Source: Candidatus Thorarchaeota archaeon
Lineage (GTDB): Archaea; Asgardarchaeota; Thorarchaeia; Thorarchaeales; Thorarchaeaceae
NCBI GenBank assembly: GCA_048882485.1
Contig: JBHLRP010000003.1
Span: 64,001 to 128,000 of the forward strand
Direction of reading: 5' to 3'
Length of the DNA: 64,000 bases
In this document: piece by piece, positions 10,382-20,628 of the stretch
Layout: each line of letters starts with the position of its first letter
How positions within the stretch are numbered: position 1 is the first letter of the stretch
Program-made: the position numbers and the translations under genes
The notes under the pieces: generated by a model
Database searches by the model: none
Told to the model about the DNA's origin: nothing
Seen by the model: only the letters and a program-made list of their open reading frames with translations

Positions 10382-13009
10382 TTGGAAGTAGCAGATGCCG
10401 ACGTTCAGAAGCAGCTTGCTAAGCCCTACACCATTTTGCTCCGCGCAGGCAAGCAAGATATGACTACTCGAGTTGAGGTGTTCTCAGACGTTCTTTTGGA
10501 CAGACAGAGATCCAAGCTTGCAGGATTGATTGAGTATGGCTACAAGCAATCAGGCCTTCTGGAAATCAAGCGGTTCTGGTTTGTGAAGTATAACAAGCCT
10601 GTCTATTACCAGCCAAAGGAAGCGCATGAGATTATCAGGAAATCTAAGAACATAATCGTTCCACGTTCTCAAAAGCCCGCCTTCACGAAGGACCTCTCAG
10701 ACCTTGTAAAACGGCTCAATGCGCCCAAGCTTCGTATCATTCCTGTTTGTGAGAGTTGTGTGCGGGACAATAGGCTCACGGTTCTGACTCGTCGCAACGC
10801 AGTGAAGGTTTCTAAAACTGAGGTGTCTTGCACAACGTGTGCCAGAACAGATTTGCGAACCGACCTGAAGAGTATGGGGGTCAATTTGTCGAAGATTATG
10901 ATTCAGCATCTAGAGAGACAGCTCTCAACTGTAAAGTCAGTACCAAGGTTGCTTGAGGTGCTTTCGCCAAACTTTGATCCTGCAAGAGAAACTGACCTGA
11001 CTCTATTCGACCAGATTTCTGGTGAAGAGATTGGAAAAGGCCGCAAGATTGAATCTCTTCCTATTCCTTCGGAGCTAGCCACTGTCATTACCTCTGAGGG
11101 TCTGGAGCGGCTCTTGCCAGTTCAGGAACTCGTAATTGATGCTGGCCTTCTGAAAGGGGCAAGTCTCTTGATTGTTTCTTCCACCTCTTCTGGAAAGACA
11201 CTACTTGCTGAGCTAGCGGGGATTCCAAAAGCTATGCAGAAGAAAAAGATGATTTACCTATCGCCTTTGGTTGCGCTAACCAATGAGAAGTACGAGCTAT
11301 TTAGGAAACGCTACAAGAAGCTTGGAGTGCGGGTTGGCATCAGAGTAGGCATGTCCCGACTTGATGTAGGAAAAGAAGAGCGCGTGATTGTTGATACTGA
11401 TGTCGCAAAAGCAGATGTCATATGCGCCACATATGAAGCTCTCGACCTGATTTTCAGATCAGCGGAAACACAGAAGCTCGGTCAAATCGGGACCGTCGTG
11501 ATTGACGAAATCCAGATGCTTGCGGACCCTGAAAGAGGTCCAGAGCTTGATGGCCTTATTTCTAGACTCAGATTTCATGCTCCAAAGGCTCAGATACTTG
11601 CATTATCCGCTACTGTGGGAGAGCCGAACCAACTTGGTAAAGAGCTTGGTCTGCACCTCGTTAATTATACCGGTCGTCCGGTTCCTCTTGAACGGCATGT
11701 GGTCTTTTCGAGAAGTGATGATGATAAACGCAGAATTATCCAGCGCCTGGTGAAAGAAGAGTTCCGGCATAAAAGCAGCATGGGCAACAAAGGCCAGTCT
11801 ATCATATTCACTTATTCTAGAAGAAGAGCCCACTCTCTAAGTGATTGGCTGCACGAGCATGGTGTATCAAGCACAATCTATCATGGTGGATTATCGTATT
11901 CACACAGACGAAGGATTGAGAGAGCTTACGCTAAGCAGAGGTATGCATGTGTTGTAACCACTGCCGCTCTTGGTGCTGGAGTTGATTTGCCTGCATCACA
12001 AGTAATCTTTGAATCATTGGCGATGGGTGCAGAATGGCTTTCGATAGCTGAGTTCGAACAGATGCTTGGTCGTGCAGGCCGCTTGGGCAAACATGACCGC
12101 GGGCGTGTATACCTCATTGTTCAGCCAGAAAAGAAGTACCATGCAGGCCTTGATGGTTATGAGGATGAAATCGCGGCTAAATTGCTAAATGGAGATATTG
12201 AGGCTGTAGAACCATTTGCTGATACTGAGATGTGCGCCGAACAAATTCTTGCGACAATCTGTTCAACCGGGCTTGTTGATTTGAAGGAAATTGCACGTTC
12301 CTATTTGAAGATGCTCTCTTCATCAGTCCCGCCCTCCGATGCACTGAAGCATTTAGTTAAGACACACATGATTCGAATTAGGCAGGGTGGAGCATATCCC
12401 ACCAAACTAGGAAGAGCAACATCGCTTTCATTCCTGACACCAAGCCAAGGGTATGACATTCAGAAAATGGCCGGTCAATATGATGTGCTAGATATGGCCA
12501 TCTCGCTAGAGCCTTTTCAGAATGTATATCTCACAAATAAGCTCCAAGCTGAAGTTAATGCTGCATTCAGGACCTTCATGCCGACTAGACTATTCTCAGG
12601 CATTTTCTCTGATGTCACGAGTCTTAGCGGAAGTCATGGAGCGGCTGGAAGGTTGCCAAAATGGGTGTTCGAAGTGTTTTCTCGATGGATAAGCCAATTC
12701 TTCAATTGCAAGTGCAAAGAATATCCTGAATGTGATCATGGTAAGATTGCATTTGGTCGATGGATGGTTGCTCAGAGGAAAGAAGGATTGAATCCGTCCA
12801 GTATTGCACGTCTATTGAGAAAGGATTTTGAGTTGTGGGCTTACCCTGGTGATATTTTTTCATGGCTTGACTCGTTGATTCATAGTCTCAAAGCGGTTCG
12901 CAGAATTGCTGAGGTCGCAGGAGAGACCGATATCACTGTAGAAGTCGATGGGCAAATTGCTAGAATTGAACGTCCTTTGGAATCCACCAAGAAGGAACAG
13001 GGAGAGTAA
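10382..13009 (+). CDS. Archaea-specific Ski2-like SF2 helicase (COG1202/ASH-Ski2 type)
   Basis: Walker A SSTSSGKT, DEIQ, LSAT, YHGGL, QMLGRAGR; N-terminal CESC/CTTC and C-terminal CKCKEYPEC Cys motifs. Confidence 0.85.
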   Translation: MEVADADVQKQLAKPYTILLRAGKQDMTTRVEVFSDVLLDRQRSKLAGLIEYGYKQSGLLEIKRFWFVKYNKPVYYQPKEAHEIIRKSKNIIVPRSQKPAFTKDLSDLVKRLNAPKLRIIPVCESCVRDNRLTVLTRRNAVKVSKTEVSCTTCARTDLRTDLKSMGVNLSKIMIQHLERQLSTVKSVPRLLEVLSPNFDPARETDLTLFDQISGEEIGKGRKIESLPIPSELATVITSEGLERLLPVQELVIDAGLLKGASLLIVSSTSSGKTLLAELAGIPKAMQKKKMIYLSPLVALTNEKYELFRKRYKKLGVRVGIRVGMSRLDVGKEERVIVDTDVAKADVICATYEALDLIFRSAETQKLGQIGTVVIDEIQMLADPERGPELDGLISRLRFHAPKAQILALSATVGEPNQLGKELGLHLVNYTGRPVPLERHVVFSRSDDDKRRIIQRLVKEEFRHKSSMGNKGQSIIFTYSRRRAHSLSDWLHEHGVSSTIYHGGLSYSHRRRIERAYAKQRYACVVTTAALGAGVDLPASQVIFESLAMGAEWLSIAEFEQMLGRAGRLGKHDRGRVYLIVQPEKKYHAGLDGYEDEIAAKLLNGDIEAVEPFADTEMCAEQILATICSTGLVDLKEIARSYLKMLSSSVPPSDALKHLVKTHMIRIRQGGAYPTKLGRATSLSFLTPSQGYDIQKMAGQYDVLDMAISLEPFQNVYLTNKLQAEVNAAFRTFMPTRLFSGIFSDVTSLSGSHGAAGRLPKWVFEVFSRWISQFFNCKCKEYPECDHGKIAFGRWMVAQRKEGLNPSSIARLLRKDFELWAYPGDIFSWLDSLIHSLKAVRRIAEVAGETDITVEVDGQIARIERPLESTKKEQGE

Positions 13010-13011
13010 TT

Positions 13012-13266
13012 CTACTTCTTGGGTTTATCTATCTCAAACCGTACTCTGATATTGTCAATTGACTCTGGATCCATCGTGTCGAGGTTCAAGTCAAGCCAGT
13101 AGTGAAGGTCTCTTCTGATGGCTTCTTTCTGAGCCAATTCAGGGGGAAGATCAAGAGGCCTCTCGGTTGCCATTTTGAAATGTGAGCACCCACATGTACA
13201 GGCGCCGTCAAGGACTATGTCAATGTCATCAGTAGTCTTGCCGCAGTTCCTACATTGGAAAATCAT
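13012..13266 (-). CDS. Zn-ribbon protein (DUF2072/OapC-like)
   Basis: QCRNCGK...IVLDGACTCGCSHF. Confidence 0.6.
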   Translation of the reverse strand: MIFQCRNCGKTTDDIDIVLDGACTCGCSHFKMATERPLDLPPELAQKEAIRRDLHYWLDLNLDTMDPESIDNIRVRFEIDKPKK

Positions 13267-13388
13267 AGTTGTCTCCTAGGATTCGTGGCGTCAACTGTCT
13301 ATGAGGCTTAGTACTCCATGCGTATTACTTACATACTCGGAAAGGGATTACACTTATCTGTCACATCTTCCCGCCAGATTTCAGGGGC

Positions 13389-13655
13389 GTGACTAACCAG
13401 ATGGCAAAATCTTGTGCTGCATGCCGTGCTAAGTCGAAGATTCGATGCGACCGATGCAGAAACGAATTTTGTCACGACCACGCGATCAAGTGCCATTCAT
13501 GCGGGACAATCACATGTATCCGAGACCTCAACTACAAAAATGAATGCCCCACTTGTGGAAAGAGTCTTGAGATATGCCCAGAATGTCTAATCAATGGAAA
13601 GGTTGTTCGCACAATAGCAGGTTCCATTTGTCCAGAATGCGGCTGGACTGGCTAG
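13389..13655 (+). CDS. Cys-rich multi-zinc-finger microprotein
   Basis: CAAC, CDRC, CHDH, CHSC, CPTC, CPEC, CPEC in 88 aa. Confidence 0.75.
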   Translation: MTNQMAKSCAACRAKSKIRCDRCRNEFCHDHAIKCHSCGTITCIRDLNYKNECPTCGKSLEICPECLINGKVVRTIAGSICPECGWTG

Positions 13656-13900
13656 AGAAATCCGATTATCCAGATAAGAAGCAAGATAACTCCAATCGCT
13701 CCCGCCACAAGCCATCCTCTTCTTCCAAATCCCCACACAATGGGAATCGGTCCAATGAGGATCACGCCCTTACTTTCTCGATGAACTTCCTCACTAGAAG
13801 ATTCCCTTTGCATTGCAAGACAACCAGCTAGAATCAAGAGGATGCCAAGTCCCAAGATTAGGAAGCCAAGCAGTTGCGGCGCATTAAAGGTTTGAATCAT
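13652..13900 (-). CDS. DUF131 family membrane protein
   Basis: GVILIGPIPIVWG signature between TM helices. Confidence 0.8.
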   Translation of the reverse strand: MIQTFNAPQLLGFLILGLGILLILAGCLAMQRESSSEEVHRESKGVILIGPIPIVWGFGRRGWLVAGAIGVILLLIWIIGFL

Positions 13901-13930
13901 AATAATCCCCAGCTAGATATTATGCAATCA

Positions 13931-14509
13931 CTACTCTTGAGCGGCTCTTGTCCTAGTGTCAAGTCTATTAACGGGCAGCTTGAATTCCATCCGTTCATAC
14001 CCTCCAACTTGCTCGCCTTCGAATGCCCAGAGCGTGATAACATCCTCATAAATCTCGTACTGAAGCATAGTGTCTATCTCAATAATCTCTGTGCCAACCG
14101 GGAATCTCCAAAGTATCTCGAAGTCATACGGGGCTTCCTCTTCTTCAAGCCATGTTTCTATCTGATTCACATCTGGCTTGAATGGAGTCGCGAAATCAAT
14201 CAAGTACACAACCGACACGACTTCAGAGCTGCCTTTCAAGAAGATATCTGCATAGCTGACTTGAGACCTCACTTTCTGCTTGTTAATCTCCACTCTCTCT
14301 TTATCCAGAAACCGCTGCATGTTGTCAACAAGCTTGACTATTTCAGCCCTGAGTAAGTCATCGTCACGTATGACTCTTCTATAGTACCCCTCAGGATCGA
14401 GGTACTCATAGCAAAGACGTTCATGGATTTCTCCCGAGTGTGAAACAGAAAACAGGGAGTCTGCGTGAATTGGCTCAACCATCTCTGACATAAATTTCTC
14501 CATTTTCAC
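13931..14509 (-). CDS. Hypothetical acidic protein
   Basis: 192-aa ORF directly downstream of the beta-CASP gene. Confidence 0.65.
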   Translation of the reverse strand: MKMEKFMSEMVEPIHADSLFSVSHSGEIHERLCYEYLDPEGYYRRVIRDDDLLRAEIVKLVDNMQRFLDKERVEINKQKVRSQVSYADIFLKGSSEVVSVVYLIDFATPFKPDVNQIETWLEEEEAPYDFEILWRFPVGTEIIEIDTMLQYEIYEDVITLWAFEGEQVGGYERMEFKLPVNRLDTRTRAAQE

Positions 14510-14513
14510 TCAC

Positions 14514-15539
14514 CTACTCCAACGGGACTGCGTTGAGTCCATCATCAACAAGGTGTCCCGAGAAATGAGACGCATTTCCTGTGAAGCAATAGACTACTCT
14601 TGGATTGACCTTCTTTGCGAACCTCATCAAGCCATTGAAATCGGAATGAGCACTCAGGGGGAACCCAATCTTACTCGAATCACCCAGAGTCCACCCTGAA
14701 AGCGAGTAGTGATCCATTCTATTCATGATGTCGTTGGCGGCGGTGCTGCCAATGGCACCTCGGATGTTTTTTCGTGTGTGATGAAATGAAGAACTCACAA
14801 TTGCACAGCCTTCTGAAAATAGGTGCTTTACATCTCGATGGTTCAATGAAGTATGACGTAAATCACTTCCATGTTGGTTGTAGACTTTGCAGACCTCATC
14901 GATTCTATGGTTTCCTGACACAACATTGAATCCTCCCCATTGAAGAAGTGCGATAGCTTCCTGTGCTTTCCCCAACGAGTAGGCCAGAAAGACAGGTATT
15001 CGCCCATTCTCTATAGATTCGCTTGTTGTGGTCAAGATATCATCATAGATACTCTTGCGTGATGGAAACACCCATTCCGGCGTTCCGTATGTCGCCTCTG
15101 TTATCAGTACATCTGCTGATACTGGTTTAGCTGCAGTATGCACCATACTGTCTACAACATTGTAGTCTCCGCTATAAAGGACGGATAGTCCTTCGTCGAA
15201 CTCCATGAGATACATTGAGGAACCTAGGACATGTCCAGCATTGAGAGCTGTCACTATGACTCCAAGCTGTCCAATCCTCTGGTTATATTCCAGTAACTCC
15301 ACTCGTCCTTTGACCATATGCCCTCGAGCTTTTAGTGTGTCAATCGTCGCTTTTGTCGCCACGACTCTATGGGCTTTTTCAATACCTTTGAGATGATCAG
15401 TATGTCCATGAGTTAGTAGAGTGGTTTCTCCCTTAATCCCCGTATCCAATGCGAGTCTGACATGACCATAATCAAGGATAAGACCATCTGCTTGTTTCTT
15501 GAGCTTCAGTGTGGACATGGGAGAACCTGCAACGCACAT
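14514..15539 (-). CDS. Beta-CASP metallo-beta-lactamase nuclease
   Basis: THGHTDH, AGHVLGS, SGD, TEATYG, AYSLGKAQE, LSAHSD. Confidence 0.9.
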   Translation of the reverse strand: MCVAGSPMSTLKLKKQADGLILDYGHVRLALDTGIKGETTLLTHGHTDHLKGIEKAHRVVATKATIDTLKARGHMVKGRVELLEYNQRIGQLGVIVTALNAGHVLGSSMYLMEFDEGLSVLYSGDYNVVDSMVHTAAKPVSADVLITEATYGTPEWVFPSRKSIYDDILTTTSESIENGRIPVFLAYSLGKAQEAIALLQWGGFNVVSGNHRIDEVCKVYNQHGSDLRHTSLNHRDVKHLFSEGCAIVSSSFHHTRKNIRGAIGSTAANDIMNRMDHYSLSGWTLGDSSKIGFPLSAHSDFNGLMRFAKKVNPRVVYCFTGNASHFSGHLVDDGLNAVPLE

Positions 15540-15583
15540 CAGCTATATTCACAAAAGCGTTTCCCACTGAGTGTGAATACTAG

Positions 15584-16471
15584 CTACAACTGTTTTCTCA
15601 GAAGCAATAACTCACATTCTGATGCCGTCCCGTTGCACAAATCTGCTATTCTTCGCGCCAGCTCCTTCTGCCCAGTTCCCAGAATTGGAAATGCAATCTC
15701 AAGTGCATCGGTCTGCAGGACTCTTTCATGAATGGCCTGTGCTAATGTGTCAATTTCTATGAGTCTGAAATCAGCAATAATTGGCCAAAGGATCGCTGTA
15801 TTATCAATAATGTCAAACCCAACTGCAGCAGTTATTCCCCTGTCATCTTCCAGAGTATGTAGATGGTTTTTCACGGATGCCATCAGCCAGCCAAGAGTGA
15901 CAAGAGAGCTATCAACTCCTGAAGTCTTGTTTTGCCTCCAGAAGAGGTCTCTAACAGCTTCATGGTCATTCGTTGCTTTCCATGTTACCAGGCTTGATTC
16001 CTTTGATTGGCTTCCTGTCACATCGATACCGTAACGAAATATCCTATCCTCCAGAGTAAATCCCAGACTCTCCAGCATTGGCTGAAATCTTCTGTTCAGT
16101 GCAAAACCAACTGGAAATGGTAATTTTGGTTTCTTCTGCGAAATGTCAACAATTGCATCGACATGATGAATCGTGACACTTCGAAAGAATGGAAGTGACG
16201 ACTTCAGAAGCTGGAGCTGGGCAGGTTCCTTCAGGAATGATTTGTGATTAACTGCAACCAGAGCCACAGCAAGTCTAGTTCTATCTCTGAAAATGGCAGT
16301 CCCGCCAACTATCTCCTCCTCAATGCTAGAGAGAAAGAACAAACTGTCCTCAAGCTGTGCGAATCTTGTAGCCAACTGCTTGTCTTGCGGAGATGCCTCT
16401 CTTGATAAATCTAGCCAGATGTCGAGTTCTGCCCTCGACATCCGCCTAGTATACAGATTCCTTGAGCTCAT
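15584..16471 (-). CDS. Hypothetical protein, possible degenerate tandem GNAT fold
   Basis: FFLSSIEEEIVGG and LESLGF resemble GNAT elements. Confidence 0.5.
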   Translation of the reverse strand: MSSRNLYTRRMSRAELDIWLDLSREASPQDKQLATRFAQLEDSLFFLSSIEEEIVGGTAIFRDRTRLAVALVAVNHKSFLKEPAQLQLLKSSLPFFRSVTIHHVDAIVDISQKKPKLPFPVGFALNRRFQPMLESLGFTLEDRIFRYGIDVTGSQSKESSLVTWKATNDHEAVRDLFWRQNKTSGVDSSLVTLGWLMASVKNHLHTLEDDRGITAAVGFDIIDNTAILWPIIADFRLIEIDTLAQAIHERVLQTDALEIAFPILGTGQKELARRIADLCNGTASECELLLLRKQL

Positions 16472-16501
16472 AGTATGGCACTTGCTGTTTTCTTGTGGGA
16501 A

Positions 16502-17560
16502 TCATTTCTTGAAATGTGGAATGATCTCCTCACCTATCTGCTTGATGCCCGTCTTCTTCTTTGGACCTATCGGTGAGCCAACAACAAACTGGGTAACACC
16601 CACTTTTGATAGCTCCTCAATTCGTTTGATACACTGGTTCTTGTCACCAACAACAGCAAAGGCATCAATCATCTCGTCAGTGATAGCCCCAGGAAGGTCC
16701 TTGAAGTTCCCTTCTGCTAGGAGTCCCCTCACCTTGTTGCATGCATCCAAGTCCAAGTCATGACGTTCAAGAACAACGTCAGGCGAGCCAGCCACTATAA
16801 AGGCGACAACAATCTTTGCATCACCCTCCAAAGCTGCTTCCCTGGTGTCCCCAATACTGAATGATGCGTACGCAGTGACATCAATATCTTTGAGATCTCG
16901 TCCAGCTTCCTCCGCGCCTTCCTTGATTTTCTCCATCGCAATTTCGAAATCCTTGGGATGGCTTGCGTTGATGAGAATCCCGTCCGCGACTGTCGCTGTT
17001 TTCTTCAGCATCATTGGGCCTTGCGCACCTGCATAGATTGGAATCTTGGGACCCCGTTTCACGGGCTTTCCGTCTTTCATCTTTGGACTGCCATCTGCAT
17101 CAAGGACTGGTTCCTTCTTGACAATGGCTAGTTTTGCATTCTTGACCTTGAAGACTTTTCCATCTGCTTTGTATTTGCTGCCTTCCGTGAGCTTGCGCAT
17201 GTACTTGATTGACTCCACCACAGCTGATACGGGTTTGTCCCACTTAATCCCTAGACCACTCAGAGTGACTTTGTCTCCAGCACCCATGCCTATCACAGCT
17301 CGACCATTGCTCAGTTCATTGATTGTTACAGCTGCAGACGCTGTTAATGCAGGACTTATGTGAAATGGGTTAGTGACGCCCGGCCCCAACATGATCTTCT
17401 CAGTATTCAGAGCGATGGCAGTCAGAGTGGCCCAAACATTTCGGTTGTTGTAGTGGTCAGTGATCCATACATTATCAAAACCTGCTTCTTCTGCAAGTTT
17501 TGTCCAAGTGACCAACTTCTCAATGGGTTTGTCAGGTACGAATTCAATTCCGATTCGCAT
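16502..17560 (-). CDS. mer: F420-dependent 5,10-methylene-H4MPT reductase
   Basis: GIEFVP, WITDHYNNRN, LGPGVTNP, IPIYAGAQGPMML, GILINASHPKDF, VVGSPIGP. Confidence 0.95.
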   Translation of the reverse strand: MRIGIEFVPDKPIEKLVTWTKLAEEAGFDNVWITDHYNNRNVWATLTAIALNTEKIMLGPGVTNPFHISPALTASAAVTINELSNGRAVIGMGAGDKVTLSGLGIKWDKPVSAVVESIKYMRKLTEGSKYKADGKVFKVKNAKLAIVKKEPVLDADGSPKMKDGKPVKRGPKIPIYAGAQGPMMLKKTATVADGILINASHPKDFEIAMEKIKEGAEEAGRDLKDIDVTAYASFSIGDTREAALEGDAKIVVAFIVAGSPDVVLERHDLDLDACNKVRGLLAEGNFKDLPGAITDEMIDAFAVVGDKNQCIKRIEELSKVGVTQFVVGSPIGPKKKTGIKQIGEEIIPHFKK

Positions 17561-17660
17561 TTCATATGTCTCCTACAAATCACGGCTTGGAAACTTCCCA
17601 ATAGAATAACCTATCGATTTTCTGAGAAGATGGAAGGAGGATGAAAACTATAGCTGCAAT

Positions 17661-17885
17661 TTGACAAAGGAACTAAATCGCACTCAGCATTCCTTTCAGT
17701 TCATGCTAGGCAAAATGATTGACATAATTTTCGCAGCAATCGGGATGGCATTGGGATTGGCAGCGCTTGTTCTCAATTTGCTAGATCCTGCAAATGCAAG
17801 CACATCCATTACCCTACTTGGCATAGCAGCCTTTTGCTTTGGAGTTCTGCTGCTAGACCTAGTCCAAAAAGCCGATTCTGGTTAA
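17661..17885 (+). CDS. Small two-TM membrane protein
   Basis: Two hydrophobic helices; the true start may be a downstream ATG. Confidence 0.55.
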   Translation: MTKELNRTQHSFQFMLGKMIDIIFAAIGMALGLAALVLNLLDPANASTSITLLGIAAFCFGVLLLDLVQKADSG

Positions 17886-17905
17886 CATTGTCCTCAGTTG
17901 TCATT

Positions 17906-17956
17906 GTAGGTAGATTCTCTGTCTAGATTCAGAGCAATCTGCCTACTTCTTTCTTT
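17906..17956 (+). terminator. Long hairpin followed by T-rich tract
   Basis: GTAGGTAGATT-CTCTG / CAGAG-C-AATCTGCCTAC inverted repeat followed by TTCTTTCTTT. Confidence 0.55.
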
Positions 17957-18045
17957 GAAATTGAAGCATATCGTCTTCTCAGTGGAATCTATCGAAGGGT
18001 TTATTGAGGCGGCTGCAAGTTGAAGCAAAGGGAGTGGCTGAAGAG

Positions 18046-19035
18046 ATGCAGTCTTTAGTTCTCACACGAGATGGCCTCCAGCTAGCTGATACTCCCAGAC
18101 CCGCCTTAATGCCAGGTAATGTCCGAATTGAGGTCCGCAGTGTTGGTATATGTTCGACGGACATTGCCATTTGGAAAGGCGACTATGAGGTTAATCTCCC
18201 CCTTGTATTGGGTCATGAAATAGCCGGGGTCATACATGAAAGCTCAGTACCTGACATAAGACAAGGGACAGCGGTGACTACTGAGGTTGATGTTCCTTGT
18301 GGGAATTGCTGGTATTGCAGACACAATCAACCGGCGCGCTGCAAGGAAAAAGAGTTGCTAGGAATTACTACTGATGGGGGACTTGCTGAGTTCCTCAGCG
18401 TACCAGCTGAACTAGTACATCCACTTCCTGAAGGCATTGATGTTTCGTCAGGAATTTTTGTGGAGCCTTTGGCATCAGCGATAGAAACATACGAAAAAGC
18501 TCCCGCTGAGCATGATGAGCCAGTCGTTATCATAGGATGCGGAAAGACAGGCCTCCTAGTAGCCCAGGTCTATGATGCATTTGGAGCCAATGTCGTCGTA
18601 GTTGATCAAAATAGATGGCGGCTTGGCCTTGTGAGGCAACTGGGTATACAAGACATAGTGAACACAAGCAATCCCGATTGGAAGCAGCGAGTCCTAGACT
18701 TGACGACAGATGTGGGGCCCAGAATAGTAATCGAATCGACCAGTAATTCCGCAGGTATAACAATGGCCTTAGACCTCATCCGGGATGGAGGCATTATTGG
18801 GTTGAAAAGCATTCATGGCGAGAAAATTAGATTCAATCCGTCGGAAATCGTGCAGCGCGAGATAACCATGTTTGGAAACTTTTCTGGTCCATACAAAAAA
18901 GCAGTGGATATGCTGAATAAGGGACGCATTGAGGTCAAGCGGCTTATCACAAAGGAATTCAAGCTGGAGGACGGATCAAAGGCTTTCGAGTTTGCGTCTG
19001 ATCCTAACACAACGAAAGTCGTCATCAACATATGA
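18046..19035 (+). CDS. Zn-dependent MDR alcohol/threonine/sorbitol dehydrogenase family
   Basis: GICSTD, LGHE, CGNCWYC-x7-C, GCGKTG. Confidence 0.9.
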   Translation: MQSLVLTRDGLQLADTPRPALMPGNVRIEVRSVGICSTDIAIWKGDYEVNLPLVLGHEIAGVIHESSVPDIRQGTAVTTEVDVPCGNCWYCRHNQPARCKEKELLGITTDGGLAEFLSVPAELVHPLPEGIDVSSGIFVEPLASAIETYEKAPAEHDEPVVIIGCGKTGLLVAQVYDAFGANVVVVDQNRWRLGLVRQLGIQDIVNTSNPDWKQRVLDLTTDVGPRIVIESTSNSAGITMALDLIRDGGIIGLKSIHGEKIRFNPSEIVQREITMFGNFSGPYKKAVDMLNKGRIEVKRLITKEFKLEDGSKAFEFASDPNTTKVVINI

Positions 19036-19046
19036 GGAGTTCGTGA

Positions 19047-20318
19047 ATGGAGCAATTCGATGTCGATTTACACATTCACTCCTCGCATTCAATCGGTGTC
19101 AGCAAATCTATGATAATCCCCAAGCTTGCACAGGGTGCAAAAGAAAAGGGTCTCGATATGATTGGAACCGGCGATGCCACACAACCACAATGGCTTCATC
19201 ATCTACGTACAAACCTCAAAGAAACTGATGATGGGCTCTTCCACAACTCGGTAAGTTTCATACTCACGGTTGAGATAGAGGATGCAGAGTCGATACATCA
19301 TCTTGTGGTTCTTCGCGACTTTGAAGCTGTTGAACATCTCCGCAGGCTCTTGAAACCTGCATCTCCTAACTTGGACCATGAATGGGGTGGCCGACCTAGA
19401 GTCAACCTGAAGGGAGCTGAGATAGCTGGTGCTGTCCGCGACTGCGAAGGACTAATCGGCCCAGCCCATGCCTTCACACCCTATAGGTCAATCTTCAGGG
19501 AAGGTCGCTATGACAGTTTAAAGGACTGTTACAAAGAGGAGGCTCCTCATGTACGATTCATCGAGCTCGGCTTATCAGCGGATACAGAGGTTGCTGATTG
19601 CATTCCAGAACTTAGAAACCTTACCTACATTACCTCTAGTGATGCTCATTCTCCTTCTCCGGATAAGCTAGGCAGAGAGTTTGTCAGACTATCAATGAAC
19701 TCTCCAACATTCGATGAGCTTCGCCAGGCCATCATTAGAACCAAAGAGCGGAAGCCAATTCTCAATGTGGGGTTCAACCCGCGACTCGGAAAATACTTTC
19801 TTTCATTCTGTTCGAAGTGTAGACGTACATTAGTATTGGAGGAAGGATTCAAACCTCCTGAATTTGATGACCTGAACATCTACATCTCATGCTCTGATGT
19901 AGAGGATCACTCACGACTGTTGAGAGAGATTCATCGACGAAAGGTCAAGTGCCCCTCAGATGGTCGTGCACTTCGACTAGGGGTCAGAGACCGTGCAATG
20001 ATGATAGGCGAGGGGGTGAGTATTTCCCCATCACATCGCCCTCCATACCTGCATATTCCTCCTCTTCTGGACCTAATGGCATCTGCAATGGGTATTAAGT
20101 CTAAGACTTCCAAGAAGTTGCGCGATATGTATTCAACTTTGAGAGAATCATTTGGGCCAGAAACAACTATACTCACCGGGACCTCTCTAGAAGACCTAGC
20201 TGAGGTCAATCCAAAGCTTTCAATGATGATTGGTTCATATCGAGATGGATCGATAGGCTACATACCCGGCGGAGGTGGACGATATGGGACACTGGTTGCT
20301 CCATGGGAGGATGCATAG
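19047..20318 (+). CDS. endoQ: Endonuclease Q-like PHP nuclease (TIGR00375)
   Basis: DLHIHS, GTGD, GPAHAFTP, ELGLSAD, SDAHSP, LGKY-x4-CSKC, GGGGRYG. Confidence 0.85.
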   Translation: MEQFDVDLHIHSSHSIGVSKSMIIPKLAQGAKEKGLDMIGTGDATQPQWLHHLRTNLKETDDGLFHNSVSFILTVEIEDAESIHHLVVLRDFEAVEHLRRLLKPASPNLDHEWGGRPRVNLKGAEIAGAVRDCEGLIGPAHAFTPYRSIFREGRYDSLKDCYKEEAPHVRFIELGLSADTEVADCIPELRNLTYITSSDAHSPSPDKLGREFVRLSMNSPTFDELRQAIIRTKERKPILNVGFNPRLGKYFLSFCSKCRRTLVLEEGFKPPEFDDLNIYISCSDVEDHSRLLREIHRRKVKCPSDGRALRLGVRDRAMMIGEGVSISPSHRPPYLHIPPLLDLMASAMGIKSKTSKKLRDMYSTLRESFGPETTILTGTSLEDLAEVNPKLSMMIGSYRDGSIGYIPGGGGRYGTLVAPWEDA

Positions 20319-20320
20319 TC

Positions 20321-20626
20321 ATGACAGTTGTAAGAGGCGTTATCCGCGAGATTGGTAGGAGCCAGACAACTCGCATTAGTGCAAGGAGATGGTACGGATC
20401 TACAACCATCGTAGTGCAGAATCAAGAAACAGGGCAAACGTACGATGTTCGACTCTCAGCTGGAATATTGGACAAGTGTCGCTTCCTGCCTCGCGTCGGA
20501 ATGCCTGTCATAATTCATGGATATGTCGAAGAGGCGGAATTCGGATTGTCAGACTTTGTTGTATCCAGGGTGACTGACATCAAAAGAGAAGGTGCAGATG
20601 TAAAACGCGTTCATAGGTTCGATTAG
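20321..20626 (+). CDS. Small OB-fold protein
   Basis: VRGVIREI...VVQNQETG...PRVGMPVIIHGYV strand pattern. Confidence 0.6.
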   Translation: MTVVRGVIREIGRSQTTRISARRWYGSTTIVVQNQETGQTYDVRLSAGILDKCRFLPRVGMPVIIHGYVEEAEFGLSDFVVSRVTDIKREGADVKRVHRFD

Positions 20627-20628
20627 GC

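Noticed and set aside
16502-17560. Methanogenesis
   Set aside because: mer and an HdrD-like gene also occur in non-methanogenic archaea; no mcr or mtr in the window
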